Positions 27,409 to 39,967 of a stretch of DNA of 47,516 bases are shown here, in pieces. Each line of letters starts with the position of its first letter. The first letter of the stretch is position 1. Made by a program: the position numbers and the translations under genes. The notes below the pieces were generated by a model. It was given only the letters and a program-made list of their open reading frames with translations, was not told where the DNA came from and made no database searches. This stretch comes from Ministeria vibrans ATCC 50519 (Eukaryota; Protista; Filasterea), in NCBI GenBank assembly GCA_943704425.1, contig CALSCP010000579.1:25584-73099 (forward strand). The letters are read 5' to 3'.

Positions 27409-28447
27409 GCGTTGTAGGCGTTTGCAAATGGGGCACTAGAGGAGCAGCGACGCTATCGTATTCGCGTGTCGATTGGACAGCCGATCCGCAGTCGACGTGA
27501 GAACGCAGGGCAGAACGAGAATCAGAGTGGCAGAAGAGGAGGGGAAGACGGACAAGAAGTAGGAGAAAGAGAAGGAGAGCCGGGAGAAAGGCCCTTACTG
27601 GCACTCAACGAAGTGGCACTGATGGAAACAGTGCATATGCGGACGTTTCGCTGTGAACTGCGCGCCAAGGACGCCAACGATTCCAGTGACGAGCACGCAG
27701 GTACATCAGAGTACAGAAAAACAGACACACACACACACACACACACCACTGTGATGCGAAAAAGTAGGGAGTAAAGAGGCGGTGAAGTTTGCGTCGAGTG
27801 GAGTTTTGCTTGCGACAGGCTCGGGCAGCACAGGGTGGATGGCCAGTACACTGCGCGTGGACGAGCGCACTGTCAGCACCCTCCTAGGCCTGGCACGCGC
27901 CCCGCTCGACGACGCACACGCCACCGTGCAGCGCGTCACGAGGGTCCGTCTCACTATACTGTGAGTGTTTTGTAGTCTGACCACTCTCTCTGTGTGTACA
28001 TATAGGAGTATAATCAGCTGGTTGAGTTTGCACCGGACGACCCACGCATGCGCATTGTGCCGCAGGAGATCATTGTCAACCGCATTCACGAGAATCCCGT
28101 CGCTCTTCCTGTCAGAGAACAAGATAGATCGCGAGAGAGAGAGAGAGAGTGTGTGTGTGTAATGTGAATGTGGCGTCTCACTCTGTTTCTCTCTCTCTCT
28201 CTCACTCACTTTGTTTCTTTCTCCCTCCTCTCTCTCTATCACTTTGTTTCTTTCTCCCTCCTCTCTCTCTGTCTCTCTGTCTCTCTTGTAGGTGTTTGCC
28301 TCTGAGGTGTGTATGACGACTCCTTCGCCCGAGGCTATTGTGCTTCTCGATGGCAATGCCGACCATCCCGTGCCCCGTGATGCGCCTGTCTACTTTGACA
28401 TTTTGCATGACGATGCACTCATTACGCTGCACCACCCCAAAACATAA
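26761..28447 (+). CDS. NADK2: Mitochondrial-type NAD kinase (NADK2), multi-exon
   Basis: RPRRVLVVAKETRF..EQ (NADK2-like N-terminus), GGDGTLL, GINTDPERS.G.L, ALNEV and SSGVLLATGSGSTGW. Last exon 28292-28447. Confidence 0.88.
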
Positions 28448-28706
28448 GAGACGTGTCACAAATTCAAAGGCAAACACAAGAAGAAATAAAAAAGTACACA
28501 CTGTAAACGCAATGTTAGTTATTACGTTTCTGAGTTCTAACGAATAATAATTATCGATTAACGAATCACGCCCTGTAGCAATCATATTGAACAGAACGTC
28601 ATAATATTGAAAAATACTCATAACCAGTCATCAATCAATGGTCTATTGATCTTCGATTACAAATTCAAATTTCAAAGTTCTATTTGTGTTTTGTTGTAGT
28701 TTCACG

Positions 28707-29592
28707 ATGAGCGGACGACGCGTGCTGTTCGTCAACAACTTGTCGTCGCGCACGAGTGCCGATGACCTTCGCTACGAATTCAAACGATTTGGCGTACGTC
28801 TCTCGCCATCACTCCCTCCACGACACCCACCCCTCTCCTTGCATAGAGACTCTCGCGATGCGACATCCCCCCAACCCGCCGTGGCGCTCCGTAAGCCGAT
28901 TGAGCGTGTCTGTCGCTTTTTTTTCACTAAAAACGAATTTACTCTCCTGCTCGACAGGTACGCCTTTGTCGAGTACGAGGACCCGCGGGATGCACAGGAT
29001 GCGTACAAGGATATGCATGAACGGATGATCAGCGGAACTCGCATTCGCGTTGAGGTACGTCAGACAAATACACTGGAAAAAAACGAACAGGCGACAAGAG
29101 ACGTTTTAACACACATAACACTTTTCAGTGGGCCAAACGAGCACCATCGCGCGCATGGCGGGGCGAAGGGCTTTCCGCAGGAGGCAGTAGCAGCAGTCGA
29201 GGGCGCTCGCGTTCGCCGCCTCCGCGCTCGCGAGGCTCAGACCGCGACCGGTCGCCTCCGCCGCGTCGACACGCATCGTCGCGCTCTCCACCGCCTTCCT
29301 CCTCGCGCGACCGCCGCTCGTCTCGCTCTCCTCGCCGTGCCTCTCGCTCTCCTCGCCGTGCCTCTCGCTCTCGTTCCCCTCCTCCTCCCCGCCGCTCCTC
29401 CCCCCATCAGTCTCCTCCGCCCCGCGAGTAAGAGCACAGCACATCAACAACAAGTCGAACAGTATGCTCATCTCTGTTGTTGGTTTTGTTTTTAGCGGTT
29501 CGTCTGCTCGCGAAGACGATTTTCGACGGAAATCAACGTCGCCCACCCCCGAACCCCGTGTGCGTGGAACAAGCGCATCTCCTGACGCATAA
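28707..29592 (+). CDS. SR-family splicing factor (RRM plus RS domain), Srp1-like, multi-exon
   Basis: Spliced RRM LFVNNL..DLRYEFKRFG|RLSRCDIP..YAFVEYEDPRDAQDAY..IRVE|WAKRAPSRAWR, followed by RS/SP-rich sequence. Stop at 29590-29592. Confidence 0.88.
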
Positions 29593-29653
29593 AAAAAGTT
29601 TTTAAATTTATTATGACACATTATGAGAAAAAAATGAGAGAGGAACTGCGATC

Positions 29654-30818
29654 TTAAGAGGACTGTAACTGTTTGACCTTATCGTCGAGTAACTTATCGA
29701 CAGTCTTTCCAGCGGCCTTTGTCAAATCCTCAACCTAAAAGAAACGGGGCAATGAAACGAGGAGCGAGAGAGAGAGAGACAACACCTTTTGCTCGTCTCG
29801 CTTGCGGTCGTCCTTGCTGGCGATGCCCTGGGCGGCCTTGATGGCGTGTGCGCGAGCCCTGCGCATCCGCACACGCGTTGTCTCTGCCAGCGACCGCACC
29901 GTCTTGACCCACTCCTGGCGCAACTCTTTGGTCACCCTAGCAACGCAAAGGGAGAGAGAAGACACACGTACACACACGTACACACACACACAGTTACTCT
30001 TGGTGTAGGTTTGATGTGCTGTTCGCGTACTTGGGGAGTGCTATGGTGATCTTGTGGCCTTCGCCTGCGGCTGAAAATGTCGATGCAGTCTCGTTGAGCA
30101 CTTTGATGGCCTCGGGGACAGTCTACATGCAGTGCTAATTCACTCACGACTGTGTCCCTTTTCGTGTGTCTTTCTCTCGCTCTCTACGCGTGTGTCTGTA
30201 CCGACTGATCATAGGCCGTGAAGACAAGGGTGCTTGCGTCGCGCACGACCACTGAGCCCAGTGAGGTGAGCGGAAGCGACTTCCCACTGGGGTCGGGTGT
30301 GTGAATGCCGTGCAGGAGTTCTACGCGAGTCCTCTGCTGTTAATCGTCTCTCTTTGTTTGTGTCTGTGTCCTCGCCTGCTTACGAGGATTCGCTCGGCCG
30401 ACGCGGAAGGCGGCCATGTCGCGCTTGAGCGCTGCCACGCTCGCATCGAGATCGTGCGCCAATCGCTCAAAGTTGACACCTTTCAGTGCGCTTGTGTCTG
30501 CTGCGCCCCCTTGGCCGCCCACGTCGTCCTCGTCGTCATTGTCGCCATCGTCGTCGTCCTGACGCTTGCCCTTCTTGGATCCCTTCTTGCCTGCAGCAGC
30601 GAGTGGGGTCAGGAGCGCATACAGAGCGATTCGTGCGCACCTCCTCCGCCTCCTCCTCCTCCTCCTCCCGCAAACTTCTTTTTCCCTCGCACACCAAACG
30701 CAGCAGCACACATTCGTGTCATGGAGGAGTCGTTCGAGAGAGGCACAAGTGCCCGTGACAGCTGTGTGGGCTGCATTCGCGAGCAGGACGCAAGAGCGAG
30801 ACGTGTCAAAGTGAGCAT
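29654..30818 (-). CDS. MRRF: Mitochondrial ribosome recycling factor, multi-exon
   Basis: Presequence-like N-terminus, LKRDMAAFRVGRANP, ITIALPK|VTKELRQEWVK..AETTRVRMRRAR and ASKDDRKRDEQK|DLTK. Confidence 0.87.
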
Positions 30819-31029
30819 GTCAATAGAATATTAAATTTACTGAATGAATACGGACTATCTGGTGATCACTGATCATTTGATGAAGGTGGAATCGATTGGG
30901 GTCCCATATCTATTATCTAACGAGTAAATTGTTGCGGAATCATACGTGAGATGGCAGAGTTTCTGCGTGAAAGGAAGGTAGAAATATTTACTACATACAA
31001 GTTTCATACAAAACACCAGCCAAAGACGA

Positions 31030-31788
31030 CTAATACGGCTTGGTGCGAGCAGACGCAGTCGTCTTTGGCACAGGCGCCTTCCCGCCTTCACCCAACCCAC
31101 TGTCAGCTCTCTTCGGACTCACACCAGTGCGTGTGGCTGAGTCGACAGCAGTCGGTCGCTTGCTTTGTGTTGCATGCGCTGTCGCTCCGCCTCGCTTCGC
31201 TTCCATTGACTTGAGCTTTGCTTCAATTGCTGTAATGGCCTCTGCCTCACACCCTCGCTCAAGAAACACCAGCTTTGAGTTCACCACCGTGGGCGGCACA
31301 GCTCCTTCAGCCGTCTACACCAACACACAGTCAACACATCCCCTCTCCCCCTCTTTGTTTCGGCAGCGAACCTTTTCACGACACGAATTGACAATAATGG
31401 CACGCCCCAGCGCCTTCTTTCCGTTCAACTTCATGCGCACCAAGTTGCAATCCTACGCACCGAGTCGCTGTAAGGTCCCACACACACACACACACACACA
31501 CAGACCCACACACTACCTTGTCTGTGTGGAATTCGGCGAAGCAGTACCCTTTGCTCTCGCCGTGTTCTTTGATAAGAGACACCTTGGCAACTGGGGCGAT
31601 GCGCTCAATGATGGCGCGAATGTGGTTTCTACAGCAAAAGGGTAAACGGGATGTGGAGAGATCTTTTCTATTTGGTACTCATTCAAACGCCGCTCAAGGT
31701 TTCCAATCTACGGCGAAGACGCACACAGTCAGATGCACAGTATACAGTGGCGTCGCGAGCGTACCCACAGCCGTCGACTGTCTGCCAT
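31030..31788 (-). CDS. RBM18: RBM18-like RRM protein, multi-exon
   Basis: Spliced MADSRRLW|IGNL.., KGYCFAEF, LNGKKALGR and AIEAKLKSME..KPY* match RBM18 hallmarks (RLWIGNL, RGYCFV, LNGKLAL, IKAIEAKLKMM). Confidence 0.85.
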
Positions 31789-32561
31789 GGCGCAAAGCAA
31801 AAGCAAGCGGAAGTGTGAAAGGTTTAAGCAGACCGGCACACCCAAACAAGTAGAATGGACAGTGGGACGGCTATGGCCTGTTGCGAAAATACGGTCGGTG
31901 GGACCCTCTGGTGTGAATGAATGAATAGAATGACAAATTAATAAACAAATGCGGAACGTGATCCAAATCACAAAAAACATATCTAATGTGGTGCTAATCC
32001 CACTTTTAGTGGTGAGATCGGTGTCACGGCGTCGGCTTTGCGCCCGATGAGCAGCAAACAGCGGCCTACGGAGAGGTCTTTCAGTCTGATCAATACCGAA
32101 TGATAGTTCAGTGATGTGACAGTGACATCAGATTATTCAGACCATATTCTTTGATCCTGAATCCTGCGCTTGATCATAAGCAATTCCAGCCAATCCAACG
32201 CCCTCTCACAGTTGACAGTCCCACTAAGCGTTTCCCACCTCGTTAATCACCGCCACCAGGCGAACCGTTGGCCACGGCTCAGACCACGGTGGTGCTACGG
32301 TGTATCCTAACGAGTAAGTCGAGTAACGTGTACTCGTGTTGTTCGTGTAGGCGTGCTGAGCGGCCTGAGCCAGCCGATCAAGGATCGGACTTGGGCTTCC
32401 GCATCAATAGTAGTATCAAGTGGCAATATAATAATTGTGAACGCGATCAATGATTCATGATTGTGAATTGGTAACAATTATTTGATTCCTCTGACTCTCT
32501 GCTCCGCCTCGGTGACTAGCGTGCCTCTTGTTTCCTGTGTGCATCTACGATCAAGGCGATC

Positions 32562-35122
32562 ATGTCTACGGAGTATCGCTTGAACCATTTGATCGCCCGG
32601 CTGCTTACGCTCCTGGACAGTCCTGATCGCGAGAACCCCCAGCAGTACTTGCGTCTGTTGTCGCCCGCCAGCGAACGCGCGCGCGTCATCGTCTCGCAGC
32701 TGTACCCTGTGCGTGGCTCTGAGACACGCAGTAAACTCGCCCAGGTGAGTGCGACCCCAGTCCTTCCAGATTCAATTGCGCGCCAAACTCAAATATTGTG
32801 TGTTTACCGTTTTTTTTTTCTTTTTTTCTTTCGTCTGTTTTTGTGTTTTCAAAAAGAACGCTCCGTCTCCTTCGTCATTTCTCGCGTGCTGTGACAGCCT
32901 CTTCCACCAGCGCGTCCCCGAGCTCGGTGCGTTTCTGCACATTCTCGCGGGCATTAGCGACGATGCGACATTGCGAGCCATGGTGCGTTTTCGAGCGCCC
33001 CCCTCCGCAACGGGCGCTGTGTACGCCGCCGCGAACGAAGCACGCGCGCCGCGCGCGGACGAGAACGCGGCTGACGAGGGCGACGATGTGCTGGACAAGC
33101 TACAGGCGCAGCTGCTGACCAAGGCGGCGGCAGGCACGGCTGCTGCGAGCGAGTGGAAGAGTGCGTTTGATGGGCCTCAAGCACGCCTGAAGCGTCGTCT
33201 GGCGGCGCTGCCTGTCATGCCACGCTGGCAACGAGGCTCGCGACCCTACCTCACAGCAGGCTTTGTTGATTTCGGCCTGGCTGTTCCGGGCGCCAGTCGA
33301 GTGGCACCCGCCAGTGAACTGCCCATTCCCGTGCAGGAGATGGCCGTTGTCGAAGACTTGCTCTACCTCATGATTGGCATTGAGGGGCGCTACGTGCGTC
33401 TGCGTCATCAAGATGCCTCTGCACACGACGCTGGAGGCGCCCTCTCTGTCTCGTTTCTTGCACGAGCGCCTTCCGACGCGGACGCCAACGACGTTCATTT
33501 TGATGTGGATCCGACGCTCGACCCGTCCATCAGCCAGCTAGTTGGTCGCATCTTGCCACTCTGTCGCGACTACAACCGCATCTGCCGGTTTGTCGAGTCG
33601 TGTTCCATGGATTTTGAGCGGGGTGCCGTGGTACACGCACTGTGTGCGAGCATTCGCGAACTCCTCAAGGAGTACACTGTGCTTGTGGCACAGCTCGAAC
33701 ACGCACTGGCAAGCGGCTCGCTCTCACTGCAACGACTTTGGTTCTATGTGCAACCGTCATTGGCATCGTTGGGCACTGTCGCGAGCACAGTACGCCAGAT
33801 TGCGGCTGCAGGCGCGAATGCGCGCGGTGCAACCGTCCTCACACTGTTGCACGAGCGGGTGCTGCTGTCGACGGGCGACGCGCACAAACACGACCTGTGT
33901 GTGTTCCTTGCGCGCTCTGCCTCAGCCCCGTTCTTTCGTATGCTTCACGCGTGGATCTACCGTGGCGTCATCATTGACACCTTTGGTGAGTTTTGCGTCG
34001 AAGAGCGCGAAGAGATGCGCAAAGAGAATCTTCGTCGCGACTACAATGATACGTACTGGGAACTGCGCTACACCATTGTGCCCGAGCGGGTGCCCGTCTT
34101 CCTTGCGCACTGTGCCGACACGCTCTTGCATGCGGGAAAGTATCTTAATGTTATTCGCGAGTGTGGTCGCGACGTGTCCTATCCCGACGTAAGTGAGAGA
34201 GTGTGTGAGAGGCTTAATAGATCAAGACATATAATATTAATTATTATAATATAATTATATAATTATATGATAGAGAGAGGGGAGATATAACAAGTGAAGG
34301 AGACGCGATAGAACAAATAGGAAAGGGGAAATAGAACAAGCGTGAGAGCGAGAGAGAGTTGGCAAGAGGTTGATGTGGGGTTTGTTAAGCGACTCATTGC
34401 GACCTTCCGTTGCAATGTGGAACGCTTTGTTTCATTCTGTTTTTTGGCTCGTAGGCAACTGCTCTGGAGTACTCACCGGTGGAGCACGGTCTGACGGATG
34501 CTATTGCAAAGGCCCATGTGTATGCGAGCCGCACTCTTTTGACGTATCTCGTGGAGGAACATTCGCTCTTTGACAGCTTCCGCTCGCTTAAGCACTACTT
34601 TCTCTTCGACTTTGTAATCATTGAGTTTGTTGTCGTGGTGTGTGGGGTTTTGACGTTTTTCATTTGGTTTTTGTATTAGGGAGACTTTATGGTGCATTTT
34701 ATGGACACGGCGGACAGTGAGTTGCGGAAGGGCCTGAAAGAGTGCCAAGTGGGGCGGGTACAGTCGCTGCTGGAGATGGCGATTCGCGGGAGCAGTGTGT
34801 CGCACATGAATTCGGCGAGACGGACGTCTCTGCCCGACGAGAAGGAAGAGGACTCGGGTGCTCTTAGTAATATGAGGAGTGAAGAGGGTGGCAGTGCGAG
34901 TCGGTTGCGCTGTGCTCTGGTCCCCTACAGTCTCACCACTCAGTTGTTCCGCATCATCAATGCCGGCGACAAGACAGCCCCGCCTCCCCTTCACTCCTCC
35001 TCCGACGTCGACCGTCTACCTGCCACGGCTCTTGAGGCTTTTACCTTTGACTATGAGGCACCCTTTCCCCTTTCGCTCGTTATCAATCGCAAGTCGGTCA
35101 CCAAGTATCAATTGCTCTTCCG
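32562..35122 (+). CDS. TUBGCP2: Gamma-tubulin complex component 2 (Spc97 family); 3' exons missing
   Basis: MSTEYRLNHLI..LL.LL, QEMAVVEDLLYLMIGIEGRY, LSLQRLWFYVQP, DYNDTYWELRY, GKYLNVIRECG, SLKHYFL..GDF.VHFMD and FPLSLVINRK..KYQLLFR. The following donor at 35123 has no downstream exon. Confidence 0.92.
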
Positions 35123-35150
35123 GTCAGTATCGTACATGGGAGGCACAGAT

Positions 35151-35410
<260 letters not shown>

Positions 35411-35460
35411 CGCATATATAACATATAATTATTATATATAAAATATTATATACTTCCTAC

Positions 35461-36774
35461 TTTGATATGTTTGTTCCCTTGCACAAAGGCCTTGGCTGTA
35501 AAATACCGGTACTTGCGTAACGCCTCGTCGCCCTTGATCAGTGTAGTAGCTGTGTACTCGTCCACGAGAATAGTACATTTCTGTTCAGGACACAAAATTT
35601 GCGACCCGGCTCCTTCCACAAGCACTTTCGTCGAGAGATACTACGCCACAGTAGAGTTGAGAAATCACATAGAGACGCAAAAGAAACACGCACCTGGTTC
35701 CAACACGCTTTGCAATACATGTGACCACACGGAAGACCGGCCATTTCGTTGCCAAGACAGTCCATATAGCAGATTTCACAAGTGTACGTGCTGGACGCAT
35801 TGAGCAAGTGCATCACGACGACACTCGGATCGACAATGTGTGCCTCGGCGTACAGCGCCTCGCGACTCCCATAGTAGTCGCCATAGTATCGTTCGAGTAA
35901 CAACTCTTTATCCCAGCCAAAGTGTTGTAACAAAATTCGCGCAGTAGGAGCCTGGTAAACGGAGAAGATGTAAGAGAGAGAGAGAGTGAGAGAGAGCCCT
36001 TGTCAAACACGCTCAAAAAAACAGTCGCAGTCACTTACGGGAATTTGAAAGACACTGTTGACTTCCTTGATGGCTTCTAGTTGTGTCGAGATGAGGTCTT
36101 CCGGCGTCAGACACTCGACGGGCTCTTCTTCTTCCTACAGATGTGTTTCAAAACGACTCAGTGAAACTTTGGAGCTTTTTTTTGGTCTGTCTCTGTCTCT
36201 CTCTCACAAGCCCAAACAGACCCCCTGGACGCACAGACACGGAGGTGGACTGGAAAAGTCACCATACGCCGCCATTCTGCCGCACCGCAGGCAGCACAGG
36301 CAGCAGCAGCGCTTGTGCGCACTCGCTGAACAACTTTTCGGTTGAGCGTCCCTTCGCTTTTCGTCTTTTTTATATATATCAGACAGCACACACACACACA
36401 CATGCACAGAGAGAGGCACCACGGGACAACGCAGGGTCACGGACGCCAATGAATGGGCATCTGAGGGGCAGCGTGGGCCAGCGAGCGAAGGCGCAAGGCT
36501 CAAAAGCAAAACGGTCGATGGTCGAAGAGTCAATGCCAAAAAAAGGAGAAAAAAAAGGAGAGAACAAGGAGGCAAAGGAGCAGTCCTTGCGCGACGGGCC
36601 CTAACACGGGCGGGGGCGGGGCGGGCGGCGCTCTGCGTGCGCTCTGCGTACCTCTTCGTCCATATCGTCAGTGCAGTCGATGCCGTAGACGTCGTCGTCC
36701 TCGTCGTATCCGACGTCGCTGAAGTCCGCGTCGCTGCATGCGTTAGATGGCGTTCTTGATGACATTTTCGACAT
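35461..36774 (-). CDS. Ariadne-family RBR E3 ubiquitin ligase, N-terminal half only (acidic region, UBA-like, RING1)
   Basis: Acidic N-terminus, ARILLQHFGWDKELLLERYY, RING1 CEICY..CGHMYCKACW..CPEQKC and KYRYFTAKAFVQGNKHIK, then a donor at 35460. IBR, RING2 and Ariadne domains are absent. Confidence 0.9.
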
Positions 36775-36953
36775 GATTGTTATTATTGAAAAATTAAAAT
36801 TTGATGAGTAGAAAAATTAATAAAAATCCAAAACTGACTTGATCCTAGAACTTGAAATCATTTTCACTTTCACTTTCATTCTTTACCTGTTCACACTTCA
36901 CACCGATTGTGTTCTTGCCCTCGCTGTGACGGACCTGCAGCTGCACTTGGACA

Positions 36954-37520
36954 ATGGACTTTGCAAGGGGCACATGGCGATGGATAGAGCGCAATCGACG
37001 GCGAATTGTAAGGGATGCGCGCGATGCTTTGACTCGCTGTCGCGCCACTGACTGGCTGCGCATAGGCTGCTGCGGGCGTTGTCGTTGGCGGGGTGTACGC
37101 AGGCTATCGGTATGTGCAGGCGCGACTGGCGGCGTCGGACGAGGAGCAGGCGCGCGAGAGACAGACGAACGCAAGGTAAGGAAGGGGGAGGGAGAGGGGG
37201 GGATGCCACGGCTCACTTGGCTGTCGCTGTAGGATGCGCCAACACTTTGAGAGCATCCAACGCACCTGTCGAAGCACCGCACTTGCCTTGCTGCCGTCGG
37301 TGCAGGAGCAGGTGTATGCGCTGCTCGACACAGAACGACTGACGGGTCAACTGCGAGTGTCGTCGGGCGGCAGTGGCGGCGGAGGCGACAAGATGCAAGT
37401 GTGGGCACAGCTCAAGGTTGTCGCTGTGTCGCGCACCATTGCTGCCGTCTATGCAGTTGCCCTTCTTTACGTCTACTTACGGTGCGTGTAGCGTAAAAAA
37501 AAAAAGACAACGTATTCTCA

Positions 37521-37564
<44 letters not shown>

Positions 37565-38072
37565 TCTTTTCTCTCTGCACTCCACAGTGTCCAGCTGTAT
37601 CTTGTTGGTCGACGACTGTACTGCGACTCACAGGAGGATGGTGGTAGCACACTCCCGCGACTCTCCCCTGACGTCTCTGAAGCATATTTGGCGACCATTT
37701 CGCACAGTCTCAAGGGTGGCGTCGAGTAAGAATGGTCGTTTATCAAATTCCTGTTTGCTGAGAATTCAATTCTGTTAGGGGACTGTGCGAGACTGTGCGC
37801 GTTGCTATTGACGCAGAAATTGCCGAATTGTCACTTAAACAACGTCTGACATTGGCAGATCTGTCAAAGGTACAGCATCAAAAGGAGTTGAGTTGGCGTT
37901 GAGAATTGTTTTTTCTGCCTGCATAGTTGTTCAGTCAGGCAATGGAGCGCATTGACCTGCGCCGCCTGTGCACCGCCTATCTGTTGCCCCCTCCGACTCC
38001 CGCAGACTCGGATCCTCTCTCGCTCGGTACACGACTGAAACTTCTTGAGCACGCTCTCATTTTTTTTTGGCG

Positions 38073-38110
<38 letters not shown>

Positions 38111-38585
38111 GAGAGCGAAACACGCGACATTGTAGAGAGTGCTGATTTTTTGGGTGTTGCGCGCGAATGTGTGTCTGCTCTTGTGAAGACTGTCCTCAGT
38201 GGCTGTGCGCCCTTTTTCCACCCGCGGTACGTTGGCAGACAAAATGTGTGTGTCTTTGCTCACACTGTTCTTGTTCTCTCTCCCTCTCGCTCGTAGATAT
38301 CTGACGCCCGTGAAGGGCGCAGGAGTGGCTAGTGTGGGGGCGGAGGGCAGTGGGGCGGAGGGAGACACTGTTGCCATGCAACTTGCCAAGATTGTGCCTG
38401 TCGTCAATGGACAAGTCAGTCTGAGCATAATCGATGGTGACGGTGAAGATTCTGACATGTTGTTCTTGTAGAGTGCCTCTGTGCTCAGCGTTTCCTCTCT
38501 CGACGTCCTTGGTGCTTTGCCTGCAATTGAGCATCTCTCACTGGCTGTGTATGCTGCTTTCAACGAGGCTGACGTTTCCCAGTGA
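36954..38585 (+). CDS. PEX3: Peroxin 3, multi-exon
   Basis: MDFARGTWRWIERNRRRI|AAAGVVVGGVYAGYRY (membrane targeting signal plus TM), RQHFESIQRTC, K.QVWAQLKV..SRT, RVQLYLVGRRLY, ETRDIVESADF and LAKIVPVVNGQ. Confidence 0.93.
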
Positions 38586-38655
38586 TTGTATAAACATTAA
38601 ACAATTAATCGATATTATTTTTCTTTTGGCACTGTTTAAATCATCTATTGCCGTC

Positions 38656-39782
38656 ATGCCAACTGGAGGGAGCTTGCTCAAACACGATAACCCTATCCAG
38701 ATCACCCAACATGGAGAGAAAAAGCCAAAGGTGCGCCAATTTCAGTGTCTTCGGTCGATTCCCAATGGCACTTATCCGCTCTCTATCACAGGTTGCGCGC
38801 AAACTGTCCAACTCACAGACACTATCGTCGACGGGCACCTCCAATATCGCATCACAGGTATTCATAATCGAGTGTTGAAAAAAAGAAAAAAAATGAAACC
38901 CATAACGCTTTTTGACACTCCTTGTTCTCCTAGAGACCCACCAAGCTCCCACCAGTTGGCGGTAGCTCAGAGCGCAGCAAAGTAACAGAAGATATCATTA
39001 ACAGCATCTTACCGCCGCGGTACGAAAGATCTAGACCGAGAATAGGGCGTTGCCATGGAGATGGGGGGTTTTTTACAATCGCTTTCTTTTCACAGCGAAT
39101 GGAGCGAGGGTGGCCAACTGTTTATGCAGTATGTCAGTAGTACTCCAGCGACGCGTCTAGATGTTGTCAACCTGCAAGAGCACCTCGATCAGAAGCTCCA
39201 GCAGCGACAGGTATAAAACTTGCACTGGATTTGAGTTTGACTGACTTCTCTCGTTTCCCTTATTACATTTCAGGCTCGTGAAACGGGCATTTGTCCCGTT
39301 CGTCGGGAGTTGTACAGCCAAGTATTCGACGAACTTATTCGTCAGGAGACCATCAACTGTTCGGAGCGAGGATTATTATTGTTGCGTGTGCGCGACGAGA
39401 TTCGCATGACGATTGCGGCGTACCAGACATTGTACGAGAGTTCCATTGCGTTTGGGATGCGCAAGGCACTCGAAGGCGAACAGGTAAGAGGTGGGAAGGG
39501 TACTATGATGCAAGCGCAGAGACAAGTTTTGTGCGATTGATTGAAAATGGATAGGGCAAAGTGGAAATGGAAGAGCGAGTGGCATCGCTGGAAGAGAGCA
39601 AACGAGAGTTAGAGGCACAAGTGGCGGAGCTACGGGCAAAGTGCGATGCAGTGGAGAAACGCACAAACGAACGACGGGTGGTGGAGGAGCGAAAACATGC
39701 CGAGGAGATTGCCTTCCTCAAACGTACAAACCAGCAGCTCAAGACACAGCTCGAGGGCATTTTGGCGCCTGCAAAGAAGTAG
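38656..39782 (+). CDS. DNALI1: Axonemal inner-arm dynein light intermediate chain p28, multi-exon
   Basis: SLLKHDNP, ILPPREW, VSSTPATRLDV, ARETGICPVRRELYSQVFDELIRQETINC.ERGLLLLRVRDEIRMT.AAYQTLYESSIAFGMRKAL and LKRTNQQLKTQLE. Confidence 0.97.
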
Positions 39783-39967
39783 CAAGAGAGAGAGAGAGAG
39801 AGAGAGGAAAATAAAAGAGTCAAAAAGCAAAATTGAGAGGATAGAGAAACGGAGGAGGAAGGGAATAAACAGAGCAAGAAACAAAACAAAATTATAAAAA
39901 TAAATATCAATTTTTGATGAATTACAATGCAATGAACATAGTTGGAAGGGAGATGATGATGGGTCAG

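Noticed and set aside
32035-32160. U4 snRNA (GCTTTGCGC) or RNase P RNA (TTCAGAC) matches
   Set aside because: Only short word matches. There is no downstream U6-pairing TGCTAA stem or Sm site, and the P4-like halves are too close together.
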